A stretch of DNA of 64,000 nt, taken from the human T2T-CHM13v2.0 reference genome, Homo sapiens. Below the pieces are notes generated by a model that worked only from the letters and a program-made list of their open reading frames with translations, made no database searches and had not been told where the DNA came from. The position numbers were made by a program, and so were the translations under genes. Where the stretch lies: the NCBI RefSeq assembly GCF_009914755.1, contig NC_060944.1; one strand, written 5' to 3'. Shown in pieces: positions 34,547 to 48,098 of this stretch. How positions within the stretch are numbered: the stretch's first letter is position 1; every line of letters starts with the position of its first letter.

Positions 34547-34870
34547 TTTTTTTTCTTTTATTATTATACTTTAAGTTTTAGGGTACATGTGCACAATGTG
34601 CAGGTTAGTTACATATGTATACATGTGCCATGCTGGTGCGCTGCACCCACTAACTCGTCATCTAGCATTAGGTATATCTCCCAATGCTATCCCTCCCCCC
34701 TCCCCCACCCCACAACAGTCCCCAGAGTGTGATGTTCCCCTTCCTGTGTCCATGTGATCTCATTGTTCAATTCCCACCTATGAATGAGAATATGCTGTGT
34801 TTGGTTTTTTGTTCTTGCGATAGTTTACTGAGAATGATGATTTCCAATTTCATCCATGTCCCTACAAAGG
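34547..34870 (-). mobile_element. Young 5'-truncated L1PA2-like 3' end
   Basis: caggttagttacatatg, gctggtgcgctgcacccactaactcgtcatctagcattagg, cttgcgatagtttactgag (young-L1 type, CpGs retained); TSD aactattctaaa at 34535-34546 and 34916-34927. Confidence 0.93.
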
Positions 34871-34960
34871 TTTTTATTTTTACATCTAACAAACTTTAAA
34901 AATTTTAGAAAAAAAAACTATTCTAAAATTTTTAAAGTTTGTTAGATGTAAAAATAAAAA
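34871..34960. repeat. Perfect 40-bp inverted repeat, 10-nt spacer
   Basis: 34871-34910 is the exact reverse complement of 34921-34960 (checked block by block). Confidence 0.97.
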
Positions 34961-35153
34961 AACAAAATAAAAATTATTTTTAAAAATTCATTATAATTCT
35001 TAAATCTTGCCATCAGACAGCTACTGTGGGTTTTCAGGTGTGGAGAAACGATTTGGGGTCAGCTCACTGATAATAATCCTACGTTTCTCATTGATATAAA
35101 CTTCTCTACCAACATGTCTTTTGTGATTGTTCAAGTCATTTGCCAGTAAGAGA

Positions 35154-35222
35154 TTAGGTTGGTGCAAAAATAATTGCGGTTTTTGCCATTCCTTTTAATG
35201 GCAAACGTTTGCACCAACCTAA
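35154..35222. mobile_element. MADE1 (Hsmar1 MITE), internally deleted
   Basis: ttaggttggtgcaaaaataattgcggtttttgccatt...aatggcaaa..tttgcaccaacctaa. Confidence 0.92.
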
Positions 35223-35429
35223 TATTTTGCTGTTGTTTGGTAATAAGTACAACCACAAATCTTCCCATAAGGAGTAACTTGTTATTTAATAACTTAATTT
35301 TGCATAACATCTTGAGTCAAGCTGACATTGCATCAACAAATCTGGGAGGTTGCAGACTCACAGTTGTGAATATGATTCCAGCCCAAGAGAAATTAGGCTT
35401 TGTAAAATATGATAATTTACTTATTTAAT

Positions 35430-35685
35430 GAATACTTACTTTTACTTACTATATATCAGAAACTCTTGTGAAAATTTTACAAATACTATAAGTTCTTATA
35501 AAAACCTTCTAGTAGGTATTAGTATTATCTACATGTTAGTGTTAATGATATATTCATATTTTCTATAGCTGTGTATTATCTCTCTATAATAGATAAACAG
35601 ATACGTTAGGAGTCCAGTTAACTTGTTCAAGCCCAGGTAGTTTGCTTCCAGAGTTCCTTCTCCTTATCAGGATGCTATACTTCTT
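35430..35685 (-). mobile_element. MIR fragments
   Basis: tacttactatatatcaga...gtaggtattagtattatc...ttcaagcccaggtagtttgcttccagag. Confidence 0.55.
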
Positions 35686-36110
35686 AACTTGAGATGATTG
35701 CTTTGGAAGCTCTTAACTATTTTGCTCTGCTGTCTTTGAGCATTTTTTTTTTCCTGGTAGTTTAAAAGACTTCCCGTACCAGAGAATTTAAACCCTAGAG
35801 AGCTAAGTTTAAAAAGTACTGATTTCTATGGTAGAAACCACATTATCAGAACTCACAACCTCAAGGAAATGTAAATGAATCTGAATGTTTTCAACAGACA
35901 GAACAGATACTCTGAAACAACCTAAAATTTAAGAATTAACATCATTAAGGAGCATTCACTCACCAAGTAAAAGTCACATGGGATTCTGAGAACCACAGGC
36001 CTTTAACTTTTTAGATAGCCTGTAAATAACTATATGCCTCCCAAAGAAATACTGAAAATGATATTATAAATGATGTAAGAAGATACAAGCATTAAAAATA
36101 GTATGACATG

Positions 36111-36213
36111 CGTGAACCCGGGAGGCAGAGCTTGCAGTGAGCCAAGATCATGCCACTGCACTCCAGCCTGGGTGACAGAGTGAGACTCTGTCTCAAAAAA
36201 AAAAAAAAAAAAA
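36111..36213 (+). mobile_element. 5'-truncated AluY-type right-arm insertion
   Basis: cgtgaacccgggaggcagagcttgcagtgag (Y-type) plus A-tail; exact 17-bp TSD aaaaatagtatgacatg at 36094-36110 and 36214-36230; TT/AAAA site. Confidence 0.92.
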
Positions 36214-36761
36214 AAAAATAGTATGACATGACTGTTTTACTGGCATTTAGCAACTGCATATGCTATTGTTTATCTACAACTTATGCTTCCAAATAGTTGT
36301 ATATTGGAGAGAGTGGGCGAATAATAAATCAATAAAAGGGTCTGCCTTTATCAAAATATTGCAATTAATGAATTTTTAATATTTTAGATAACGTGTTTTT
36401 TCACTTCACTTTGCTTAGAACTTTCTTTTAAAACTAAATTGAAATAAAATTGTTTTATTTCATTTATCCACTGCAATTGGAAGGGAAATATGTGAAGTTT
36501 TAACGTAATTTGAGAATGATAACTGACTGGTTAGGGGTAAACCACTTATTTTAGACATTTACATTTTAGATTTTATTTTTAGCATAATTTTATTAATACG
36601 CACTTCAGATATACATTGAAAAGGCATAGAACAGATACACAAATTCTAAGCTTAACACCTGGTGATATTTTGTTAGACTTGCTTCAGATCTATTTTATTC
36701 TTCTAAGAAATCAAATAACCTACTAACTCCTTCTCACTATTTTATCCCTGGAACTTACTAT

Positions 36762-38527
36762 TGTATCCGGAATTGGTGGATTTCTTGGTCTCACTAACTT
36801 CAAGAATGAAGCCGTGGACCCTCACGGTGAGTGTTACAGTTCTTACAGATGGTGTGTCCGAAGTTTGTTTCTTCTGCTGTTCGGACGTGTTCCGAGTTTC
36901 TTCCTTCTGGTGGGTTCATGGTCTTGCTGGCTTCAGGAGTGAAGCTGCAGACCTTCGTGGTGAGTGTTACAGCTCTTAACGCAGCACGTCTAGAGTTCAT
37001 CGTTCCTCCCCTCCAGAGTTGTTCTTTCTTCCCAGTGGGTTCATGGTCTGGCTGTCCTCAGGAGTGAAGCTGCAAACCTTCCCTGTGAGTGTTATAGCTC
37101 ATAAAGGCAGTGCGGAACCAAAAAGTAAGGAGCAGCAAGATTTATTACAAAGAGCTAAAAAATAAAAAAAAAATTTAAAAAACAACAAAAAAAAACAAAG
37201 TTTCCACAGTGTGGAAGGGGACTCACTGCCGCCTGGGCAGCCTGCTTTTATTCCCTTATCTGGCCCCACCCACATCCTGCTGATTGGTCCATTTTACAGA
37301 GAGCTGATTGGTCCGTTTTACAGAGAGCTGATTGGTCTGTTTCAACAAGGTGCTGATTGGTGCGTTTACAATTTCTGAGCTAGACACAGAGTGCTGATTG
37401 GTGTATTTACAATCCTCTAGCTAGACATAAAAGTTCTCCAAGTCCCCACTAGATTCACTAGACACAGAGCACTGATTGGTGCATTTACAAACCTTGAGCT
37501 AGACACAGGGTGCTGATTGGTGCGTTTCCAAACCTTGAGCTAGACACAGAGTGCTGATTGGTGCATTTACAATCCTTTAGCTAGATGTAAAATTTCTCCC
37601 AGTCTCCCCTAGATTAGCTAGACATGGAGCACTGATTGGTGCGTTTACAAACCTTGAGCTAGACACAGAGTGCTGATTGGTGCGTTTACAATCCCTGAGC
37701 TAGACACAGAGTGCTGATTGGTGCATTTACAATCCTCTAGCTAGACATAAAAGTTCTCCAAGTCCCCACCAGATTAGCAGATACAGAGTGCTGATTGGTG
37801 CATCCACAAACCCCAAGCTAGACACAGAGTGCTGATTGGTGCATATATAATCCTCCAGCTAGACATAAAAGTTCTCCGAGTCCCCAGTAGACTCAGGAAA
37901 CCAGCTGGCTTCACCTAGTGGATCCCGTGCCAGGGCCGTGGGCAGAGTTGCCCGCCAGTCCCGTGCCATGCGCCTGCACTCCTCAGCCCTTGGGAAGTTG
38001 ATGGGACTGGGCACCGTGGAGTAGGGGGCAGCACCCCTAGAGGAGGCTCAGGCCACGTGGGAGCCCACTGTGGTGGGGGCTAGGGCATTGCGGGCTGCAG
38101 GTCCCAAGCCCTGCCCCAAGGGGAGGCGGATGAGGCCCGGTCAGAATTCAAGGGAGGCGTGGACGGGGCAGCTGTGCTGGGGGACCCAGCGCCCCATCCA
38201 CAGCTTCTGGCCTGGTGGTAAGCCCCTCACTGCCCGGGGCTGGCAGCGCTGGCTGGCCGCTCCAAGTGCAGGGCCTGCCAAGCCCACACCCACCAGGAAC
38301 TCGTGCTGGCCTGCGAGCGCTGTGTGCAGCTCGGGTTCCTGCCTGCGCCTCTCCCTCCACACCTCCCAGCAAGCAGAGGGAGCCAGCTCTGGCCTCAGCC
38401 AGCCCAGAGAGGGGCTTCCACAGTGCATTCGCGGGCTGTAGGGCTCCTCAAGCACCGCCAGAGTGGACGCTGAGGCCGAGCAGGCGCTGAGAGCAAGCGA
38501 GGGCTGCTAGCACGTTGTCACCTCTCA
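36762..38527 (-). mobile_element. LTR12 (ERV9; D/E-like) solo LTR
   Basis: Minus strand starts tgagaggtgacaacgtgctagcagccctcgc and ends caccaattccggataca; 4-bp TSD ctat at 36758-36761 and 38528-38531; GC-rich U3 and ~41-bp tandem units. Confidence 0.95.
37240..37845 (-). promoter_or_regulatory. LTR12 U3 enhancer/promoter: about 13 CCAAT (NF-Y) boxes plus TATA-like ataaaa
   Basis: 13 counted ctgattggt copies (ACCAATCAG on minus) between ~37280 and 37840; gggaataaaagcagg on minus at ~37241-37255. The LTR12 NF-Y promoter is established; activity here is not shown. Confidence 0.7.
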
Positions 38528-38817
38528 CTATTACCTTGAAGTCAGTATATAACATTCTATACATGTTTTCATGCTATTGTCACATGCATATACTCATGAG
38601 CAATGAAAAATATTGTTCTGTAAAATTTAAAATACTACATGCATGGTTTTGCACTTTATGTTTACTATCTTATATTAATTTAATTTACATTTTCAAATGT
38701 ACTTACACTGATATATTTAATTTTTAAAATGTCTTCTAAGTATACTTTACTAAAAATTGCCCTCCAAAATGGCAGTACTAATGTACAGTCTCACCAGTAA
38801 TGTACAAGTGTCTTATT

Positions 38818-39218
38818 GTGTGGCAAGAGATTATGACATTCATTAAGTCCTATTTTTTTTCTTCTGATGATAAAGCTGGACTCAGTTTCCTAGTCTTCCT
38901 GGCAGCTAGGTGTTACCAAAAGACGATACTGGTGACATGAGAGTAGAAGAGATGTGTGGTCCTTAAGTTACAGTGACCAATAAGTGAATCTTCCCAAAGG
39001 TTTATTTACCCATCTATCAACTGAATGGAGAGTTCTCGGAGGGCCATAAAGAAAGCTGAGCTTCAAGATGAGAGAAACCAGGTTTTCTGAATGACCTCAT
39101 CAGAGGCTGTACAACATGTCCACTGGACTAGGACATAAAAAATGAATTTTTATTGTATGAAGCTGCTGCAATTGTGACTTTCAGTTTCAGCTAATATTTT
39201 TAGCTTAATTAATGTACA
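38818..39218 (+). mobile_element. MLT1 (J-like) MaLR LTR
   Basis: tgtggcaag...gtttcctagtcttcctggcagctaggtg...aatttttattgtatgaagctgctg...ttaatgtaca. Confidence 0.6.
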
Positions 39219-39219
39219 T

Positions 39220-41880
39220 TACCCTTCATCCTCACCTCCTTTTGAAATTATCAGACTTCTGTCTTTTTAATCTATTTTAATTTGTGTAAGACAGATGGCT
39301 ATATGGATCTCAGTATGATGTCAATTTCTATTTCTCTGTACTAGTGAAATTAAGTAGCATTTTCCATGTTTAACGGCATATTCTTTTCTCCTTCTCAGAC
39401 TTTCCCATTTATCTCTTGCCCATTTTCTATCAGGTTATTTATTTTTTTCCCATTGTTTTGGAGGCATGCCTTAAGTATTTTGGCTACTAAGCGTTTACTG
39501 GCTACATTCATTGTTAATATCTTCTGCCAATCTGTGGTGTGGATTTTAACTTTGTTCATGGTGTTATTTTTTTCCACAGATTTTATTCATTTTAGGGTAG
39601 TCAATTTATCATTCACTTCCTTCATGGGTCGTGAATTTTGTCTTGTTGATGACATTAAACTTTGCTCTGTGTCCATCAAGGGATTTTCTTACAGAGTCTC
39701 CTAAAAGTTTTAAAGTTTTTTGTTGTTCACATTTAGAATCTGAAATGTATGTTTTTATATCATTTGGAGTAATATTATAATTTAGTAATTATTTTTAGTT
39801 GATTCTGTCCACAATGATTTGCAATACCACTTCTCGTACAGAGAAAATAATATACATGTGGGCCTGTCTCTAAGCTCTCCACTCTGTCATTAACGTAATG
39901 TGCATGACAGCACCACCTTTGTCTATTGACCATAACAGTATCTCACTGTCCTGATAACTATATCACTGGTGTGCCTATCTGGTGATATAGTTACTCCTTT
40001 TATTCTTTTTCAAATTTATAAAAGTCTTAAAACCTATTTTATTCTGTAAAATTTTAGGATCCGTTTGTAAAGGTCTGTGAGAAAATATTTCAATCATCTT
40101 GTGATTTTAATTGGAAATATGTTTTATCTATAGATTATTCTATTGAAATTACATCCAGTCTTTCCACCCACAAACATGGCATCTCCCTCAGTATAGTAAG
40201 GTTTTCTTTAGTGACTTACAATAAAGTTTAATAATTTTCTTTATACACAGGTTTTATGCTTTTTGATCCTTGATACCTTCTGGTTTTGGCTCCAGTGGTG
40301 AACAGAATTTTTATAAAATGCATAATACTTTCTAACTGGTTTGGACTGGTGCACAGAAACGCTATTGATTTTGTTTGTTGGTCTTAAAAAATCATAAGTG
40401 TGGTTTCTTCCTCTCTGCTGCCTATTTTCAAATATCCATGGAACATGTTTTTTCACTGTTTCTTGGTCTCTCTTAGTCTTGATGAAAAACTTCCTGCCAG
40501 TTTAATTGTTATTCCTTCCCAGAAAATTTGCCGATTCTTTATGAATTCTTGTGTTTTTCTTGGTCTTGTGTGTGCAGTTTTACCACTACGTGTCTAAACG
40601 TGTATTGGTTATATGACTAACTATTCACATGACTATCCCTCGCAATAAATTGTTTCTTTGTGTCATTTGTTAATTTTTTTATTATCAACTCTTTCACCTC
40701 ATATTGGTTATTTAGTGTTTTGTGTAGAAATCTCGTGTACTCTGTGCTCTGAATAGGTTGTTACAAAGCACCCATCAGGTTATTTGTGTCTTTCACTGTC
40801 AGACCCTGAGTAGCTTTGGGATATTCTCCTATCACATATATGATATAAATTGGAATCCAGACACACAAAGGGACATAGAAAGCCCTGGGCCCTGCATTCC
40901 TCATGAGAGATTTTGTTCCATATCAAGATCCATGCCTCTAGTCCCAGCTACTCTGGAGGCTAAGGCAGGAGGATCTCTTGCTCTTAGGAGTTTGAGGCTA
41001 CAGCGAGCAATGATTGTACCACTGCACTCCAGCCTGGGCAACAGGGCAAGACCCTAAGTTTATAATGACAAAAATATGCTTTTATTTTTCTCTTCTATGG
41101 ACTAATGGCTAATGTTAGTATGTTAATTTACTCCTTTTTTTTTTTTTTTAAACTGAAGAGAAAGCTCGTCTGGGGTCCTAGCTTAATGCCAGGCTGTTAG
41201 CATCCTGTGAACTCCAGTGCTATGCCTTTTAACAAGTGCAGAACAAAAAATAACAAATTATATGTCCTTAGGGGATTTGAGGAGTCTGGCTTCTGGTTAA
41301 AAGAACTGTGTGTGATTTTTCAGGTCCAAACATAGGTAATGACACAGGTTTTACCTGGCTGCCCCAGAGGAAGGCTGCCCTCCCCACAGCAGACCCAGAG
41401 CAGGGCCCATGTGTGGGGCTGTGAGGGAGCTTCAGTCAAGGACTCAGAGGCTTCATTCCTAGGCTCCTTATCAGAGGCCTTGAGCTGAGGTCTTCTGCAG
41501 GCACCAAGGCCTCCTTATGGGAAGAGGAGGGGGCAAGCCTGGAGACACATCCCCCCTCTGCCTCAGTGCCCAGGACTTTCCAACCCCTAGCCGTTCCTCC
41601 TCACCCTCTCTGCAACCTCAGGGTCCCTAATACTGCAGTGAGACGATCCCCAGGAGCCCCAGGAGACCCACCTGACCCTTCACCGGTGCACTGCCCCATG
41701 GAGCAAAAGGGAACAGGGGAGTCAGTGCTTTCTCTTTTTTTGGCTTCTTGTTTATACCATAGCAGAAAGTGATTAAAGGCTTAATTCATTTTGGCTTGTT
41801 GATTTGGCTACCCCGTTACTCACAACTGTCCCAGGTTACCCACTCATCAGCCTGTGCTTTGCCATCTTAGCTTTAATTCC
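39220..41880 (-). mobile_element. Old L1ME-like element (ORF2/ORF1/5' remnants), continuing from ~36590-38817
   Basis: Minus ORF 39395-39577 resembles L1 ORF2 (TDWQKI...NNLIENG); ttttaattggaaat...tatagatt; aagatggc-like 5' start on minus near 41870. The 5' part is uncertain. Confidence 0.5.
40931..41055 (+). mobile_element. FRAM/AluJ right-arm fragment
   Basis: tagtcccagctactctggaggctaaggcaggaggatc...gagtttgaggctacag...ccactgcactccagcctgggcaacag. Confidence 0.85.
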
Positions 41881-42640
41881 CTCTTTGTTTCTAGATCCTT
41901 ATTTATTTTCTGCCATTCAAGCTCACATATTATAGGAGCATATTTTATCTAGAATATCTACAAGTTTGTAACCACAGAGATGCTCAAGAGAGCCCTGCCC
42001 CTACATTAGAGAAATAAGAACCCTCATTTTATTTCTTCCCAAAAAGTAAAGGAAGAAGAACCCTTCTGGTAAAAGTAAAGGGAACAATACAATGTAGCAA
42101 TTCCTTAAGTCTACACAGGGCAGAAGAGGGAAAGGAAATTTAAACTGGATGGCAAGCACCTTGTATTAGGTTAAAATGAATAATTTTCAGGCTTTGAGAC
42201 TCATTATCAAAATAAGTTGCTGAATTTGTTATAAATGTTCTTATCTCAGAATTTATAAAAAAGAGAAGACACCCAATTCTTAGAAATGTCTTGAGGCCTA
42301 CCTGTAAGGAACTGCTAAGCTTCCTTCCTACCATGCGTATCCATGATGCCTACTTTTGAAAGGCTTCTAATTGTATAAATTATTTTGTAGCTCACAAATT
42401 TTAAAATATATATTTCCAGTGACAATATGCTATCAAAGGCATTTAACTTCTCATTGGAGAAAATTAAATACATCTATTTAAAAATTAAGAGCATTCCGGA
42501 TTCTGTGAGCTGGACAAGAAGTAACTTCACTTATTCTTTTGTTTGTTAAATACAACTTCTTTTCCTTTTTTCATCTCTCTCCCTCTACATGAAGACTTAT
42601 CCCCCGCCTACTGTTATTCCTTGATAGCTCCCAGAGTATT

Positions 42641-43124
42641 TGTTTTGGTCAAGTTCCCTAGAAGCAGAGGCTGTCATATTTGTGTGTGTGTGTGTGTGTG
42701 TGCAAGCACATGCATGAGCCTATGAAAATAATTTACTAAAGATGTTCTATCAGGAGAAACCTATAAGGGAAAGAGAGGAATAAAGGAAAGAAGCAACAGC
42801 TATCCAGATAGGTGTTCCAGATGAAGTCTAGCCCCAGCCTGATTCCTTGGAGGACTTTGAAACGTGAATAGCCTGCAGGGTTTGTTACAAGTGGAGAGTT
42901 TTTGGTGCCCTCTCATCATTCACCCTTTGGCTATCAGGCATTGTCTCCCATGAGAGTATAACTCCTCAGATATTGCTGGGTAGCATGGCTCCCACTGACC
43001 AAGGTGAAGTTTTGAGAAGAGAAGGCAGCTGTGAGCCATGAACAGTGAACTCGCAGAAGAGCTGGGAGATGGGTGCACTGGAAGGTAAATGGAATCTTGA
43101 CAAGACACTAACAGAGTCTACTAC
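42641..43124 (-). mobile_element. LTR33/LTR16-family ERVL LTR with internal (TG)n
   Basis: tgttttggtcaagttccctagaagcagag...aagtctagccccagcctgattcc...cagctgtgagcc...aacagagtctactaca. Confidence 0.65.
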
Positions 43125-44611
43125 ATTACGATTCATCTTTTTGTCACCTTGAGGCAGTAAGAATTAAGATATAATAAAGCCAAGGGTTTGATTCCTTTCT
43201 TTGGGCTTTGCTCCAAGTTGAGAACTCAGAATTCTCAAATCTTAGATAACATTTTTCAAAATGTATTTTAAAGGCGTATGTTTACTTAATTACTCCTGTA
43301 TTTCTGCTGCTTTGGTTTTCCTGCATTTGATATTTACTAGAAGTAACTGGGACTATGGCTAAGAAGGTAGAACGGGTTTATGTGGCAATGACAGAAGCAG
43401 CTATGGCCTGGCCTCCTGCTAGGTCAAGGTAGGTCACATTGCAAAACCCAGTCTCAGCTCAGGAGGCTCCCAAGACTGAGCTCAGAATTACCATAGAGAA
43501 GAAGTCTGAGTCCTGCTTTCTGGGCTGTTTCACATATGACAAAGTCTTTACTTTGGTAATGAGGGAAGACACTGGTAAGCAGAGGTCTGCAGCCAGACAA
43601 AGTTGGGTAGAAATTCATTTCCAGTAGACCTCAGTTGTGTGACTTCAGGTATTAAGACATTGCCAGCCAAGTAAGCTGCAATAAAAAGTTCTGATTGATA
43701 GTCTATGTTCTCCAGATTTTTTGAATCTGGACTTCAAAAGATGTGTGCATCAGATAAGTGTTTGGTGAACTTCTCTATCATTAAGAGATCACTATATTAT
43801 AGCATTCCTATGTTTCCTTTCAGCAAGAAAAAACAACTAGAAGTATCCCCCAGCTGCCTGTGACTACTAAGTAAACAGCTTTTAGTCACAAAAAAATGCT
43901 ATGAGAATGATAACATGCCAAGCCTGTAACTTCAAACTCAGAAAAACAAAAACTATAAAGAGCCACATGATTATTCATTTCCTTACTCAACCTATATTAT
44001 TCATAGCCTCCTGAAATTCCTAAAACATCATGGTAGGTTTTCCTTGCACGAGCAATGATTTCTAATAGTTTCCACATTCCAAAGACAATGAGGGCAAGAA
44101 GCCAATATTCCATGCACAAGCTCTGTGACATGAAATAATGTACGGAAATTACTACCATTGCTGATTAACACTCATTAAGCGCCAAAAGCATTTGACTTTA
44201 ATTTGCAGTTAATTTTTTTTTCTGGTTTACATTTTATTCACTCGACATTGTGAAACACATTTCAAACAAGTCCACTTTATATTCATAATTTGCATGTTAC
44301 TGAAAAATCTCCAGTGTAGTGGCTACATTGCTATGTGTATATATAGTACATTATGCACCATCTAAAAGAAACGGTAAATAATAATATAGGTGCAAATTAT
44401 GGATGTTTGTTTAATCTGTCCTGTATTAACTCATTCGAATTGTCATTTCATATTAAGATTCCTAAATACTAGTGTAACATACTTATGGCTGAATGAACCT
44501 AGTAAAAGTATTTTCAGGGGAACTACCACAGGTCAAATTTGTGGATTTCTATTTCAAGAAAACTTTACTAAGAGTAGGAGAGATAAATGAGGCACAGTCT
44601 CTTGAGGACTT

Positions 44612-44838
44612 GAAGCTGTAGCACAGCATTTGTAAGTGCAGAATATAGATTCGAACTTCCTAGATTAAAATTCTCTCCCGTAAGCCATATTACCTTAGGA
44701 AAGTATTTAGTGTCTTTCTGTCTAGGTTTCCTGATTTGAAAATGGGGTTAATCGTAGCACCTAACATGGGGGTTAATAAATGTGAAACATTCAGAATAGC
44801 ACTTAAAAAAGTAAACAGTGAATGTTCTTTATTATTAC
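44612..44838 (+). mobile_element. MIR
   Basis: taccttaggaaagtattta...tttcctgatttgaaaatgggg...atgtgaaacattcagaatag. Confidence 0.65.
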
Positions 44839-45307
44839 TTTGGAAAAAAATATATTGCAGCCTCCCACTAGACCATCTAAACTGGTATTGTGACTTTTAT
44901 AATAAGATATCACCAAAACAACAGTGAGATGAAGAGACAATAGTAAAACTTTGCCATTTCCTCATTCTTATAGGAAATGGCAAAGGTACACTGTCCTTCT
45001 TTTGATAATTCTTATAGTCCTCTTTCATGATATCTAAGATCAACAAAGAAATGAGGTAACTACTGAGGAAAACTTAATCATGAATCTGTAAGAAATATCA
45101 TCTTTTTTGCTTCCATTAAGTCATTTCACTATTATGACTCTTCCTCCGACAGCATGCCAGAAGTGCTCAATACATGTGTAAGAAAATTTTCCCCAAATTT
45201 GAAAATAAGCAATAGAAGTAATAGGGTGTACTTTTCACACAATGCTGAGTGTTGACTAGCAAACTCTGTGGGAACACTCTGACTATAGCTATCTATGGAC
45301 CAAGCTA

Positions 45308-45386
45308 TTAGGTTGGTGGAAAAGTAATGGCAGTTTTTGCCAGCAAAGTAATCCCCCAAACTGCAATTACTTTTGCACCAACCTAA
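45308..45386. mobile_element. MADE1 (Hsmar1 MITE), full length
   Basis: TA|ttaggttggtggaaaagtaatggcagtttttg...aaactgcaattacttttgcaccaacctaa|TA; TIRs plus TA TSD. Confidence 0.93.
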
Positions 45387-45612
45387 TATTTCACAATTAT
45401 ATAGGAGTGGAAGACAGCTTGCAGAAAAATAATAAGAAAGCAAATTATTCTTGAACATATGAAGTTTCTCCCCATTGGGATATAATTGATTTCTGATTTT
45501 TAGTCCTGTAACAAAGATTACACCAAAAATTACATGTTATTGACCTATAAGGGAGTAACCAATTTTATATTCATTAGAAAACTTAGTCATTCATAACTGC
45601 CTGTATGACTCG

Positions 45613-45629
45613 TGTGTGTGTGTGTGTGT
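45613..45629. repeat. (TG)n microsatellite
   Basis: gtgtgtgtgtgtgtgtg. Confidence 0.9.
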
Positions 45630-45753
45630 TCTTCAAATTCTTCTTTGAATCCATCTAGTATCTTACTGGTTCCTTCATTATAATGAATTGTATAAAATAT
45701 TTGATGCAAGTTAAATATATATTTGTATGAGAATTATGCATTTCACTATTTTA

Positions 45754-46399
<646 letters not shown>

Positions 46400-47779
46400 A
46401 TCTCCTATACACTACTCACTTTTCCTCATCTTGTAAAACTATATACTATCGCAACCAAGATATTGACATTGATGCAATACAGACAGAAAAAAAATCCCAT
46501 TACCAGAAGAATTTCTCTTATTAACCATTGAGAATCAAATCCACCTCCCTCTCGTCAAACCCTCCTGTCTCTAAAGCCTGGCTCTCACTAATGTGTTCTT
46601 CACTTCCATAATTTTGTAATTTCAAGAATGTTGTATCAATGGAATAATACAGTATGTAACATTTTGAGATTAGCTTTTTCATTCAATATAATTCACTGGT
46701 CATCCATCCAAACCATTGTGTATATCAGTAGTTTGATATTTTTATTCTTGGGCAGTATTCCCTGCTATGTATGCTGCATAGATTTTCCCAGCCATTCATT
46801 AGTTGAAAAATATGTGTGCTGTTTTCATTTTGGGCTGTTATAAATAAAACTACTATGAATATTTATATACGGGTCTTTGTGTCAACATGAGTTTTAATTT
46901 CTCTGAGATAAGTGACCAAGAATGCAATTGCTGGATTGTATGGTAAGTGCATGTTTAGTTTTGTAAGCAACCGCCATGACCTTTGCAAGAGTAGCCATAC
47001 CATTTTATGTTCCTGATGGCAATAAGAGTGATTCAGTTTCCCTACATGCTTACCATCTGTTGGCATTATCACTGTTTTAAACATTTTATTCATTAGAATA
47101 GGTGTGTAGTGATATCTTCACTGTGGTTCCAGTATGCATTTCTCTAATGGCTAATGATGTTCCACATCTTTTCATGTGCTTATTTGACATCTGTATATTC
47201 TTTTTGGTGAAATGTCAGTTCAAGATATTCTGTTTTTGAGGCTGATTTTGAGCATTCATTATATATTCCAGATAGTAGCCCTTTGTTGAATACGTAATTT
47301 GCAAATATGTTCTCTTCATCTCTAGTTTTTCAAAGACAGTCTTTCACAGAAGAAAAATCTTGAATTTGATGAGATCCAATTTATTAATTTTTCCTTTTAT
47401 AAGTCATTATTTTTATGTCAATTCTAAGAACTCTATCCCAGTCCTAAATCTGAAGATTTTCTCCTGGGTTTTTTCCCAGAAGATTTATAGTTTTTGGTTT
47501 TAAATTTAAGTGTTTAACACACTTTTAGTTTATTTTTGATTGTTGTATAAAGTGTGAGGTTTAAATTGAGATTTTTTTTTAAATGCTTATGCGTGTTCAA
47601 TTGCTACAGTACATTTTATTGAAAAAAACTCTTTTCTCCAAAGAATTTCTTTTCCTCCTCTGTCAAAAATCAGTCTGTCATATTTATGTGGTTATATTTC
47701 TGGAATCTCCTTTTACTTGTCTATGTGTGTATCTCTTTACCAATAGCATATTGTATTGATTACTATACCTATATAGTGA

Positions 47780-48098
<319 letters not shown>

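Noticed and set aside
37270-37890. Regularly spaced ~41-bp repeats resembling a CRISPR array
   Set aside because: Tandem U3 units of LTR12 with no unique spacers and no cas genes, in human DNA.
38070-38490. Overlapping GC-rich ORFs / CpG-island-like patch
   Set aside because: Lies inside the LTR12 U3; stop-poor because of GC content.
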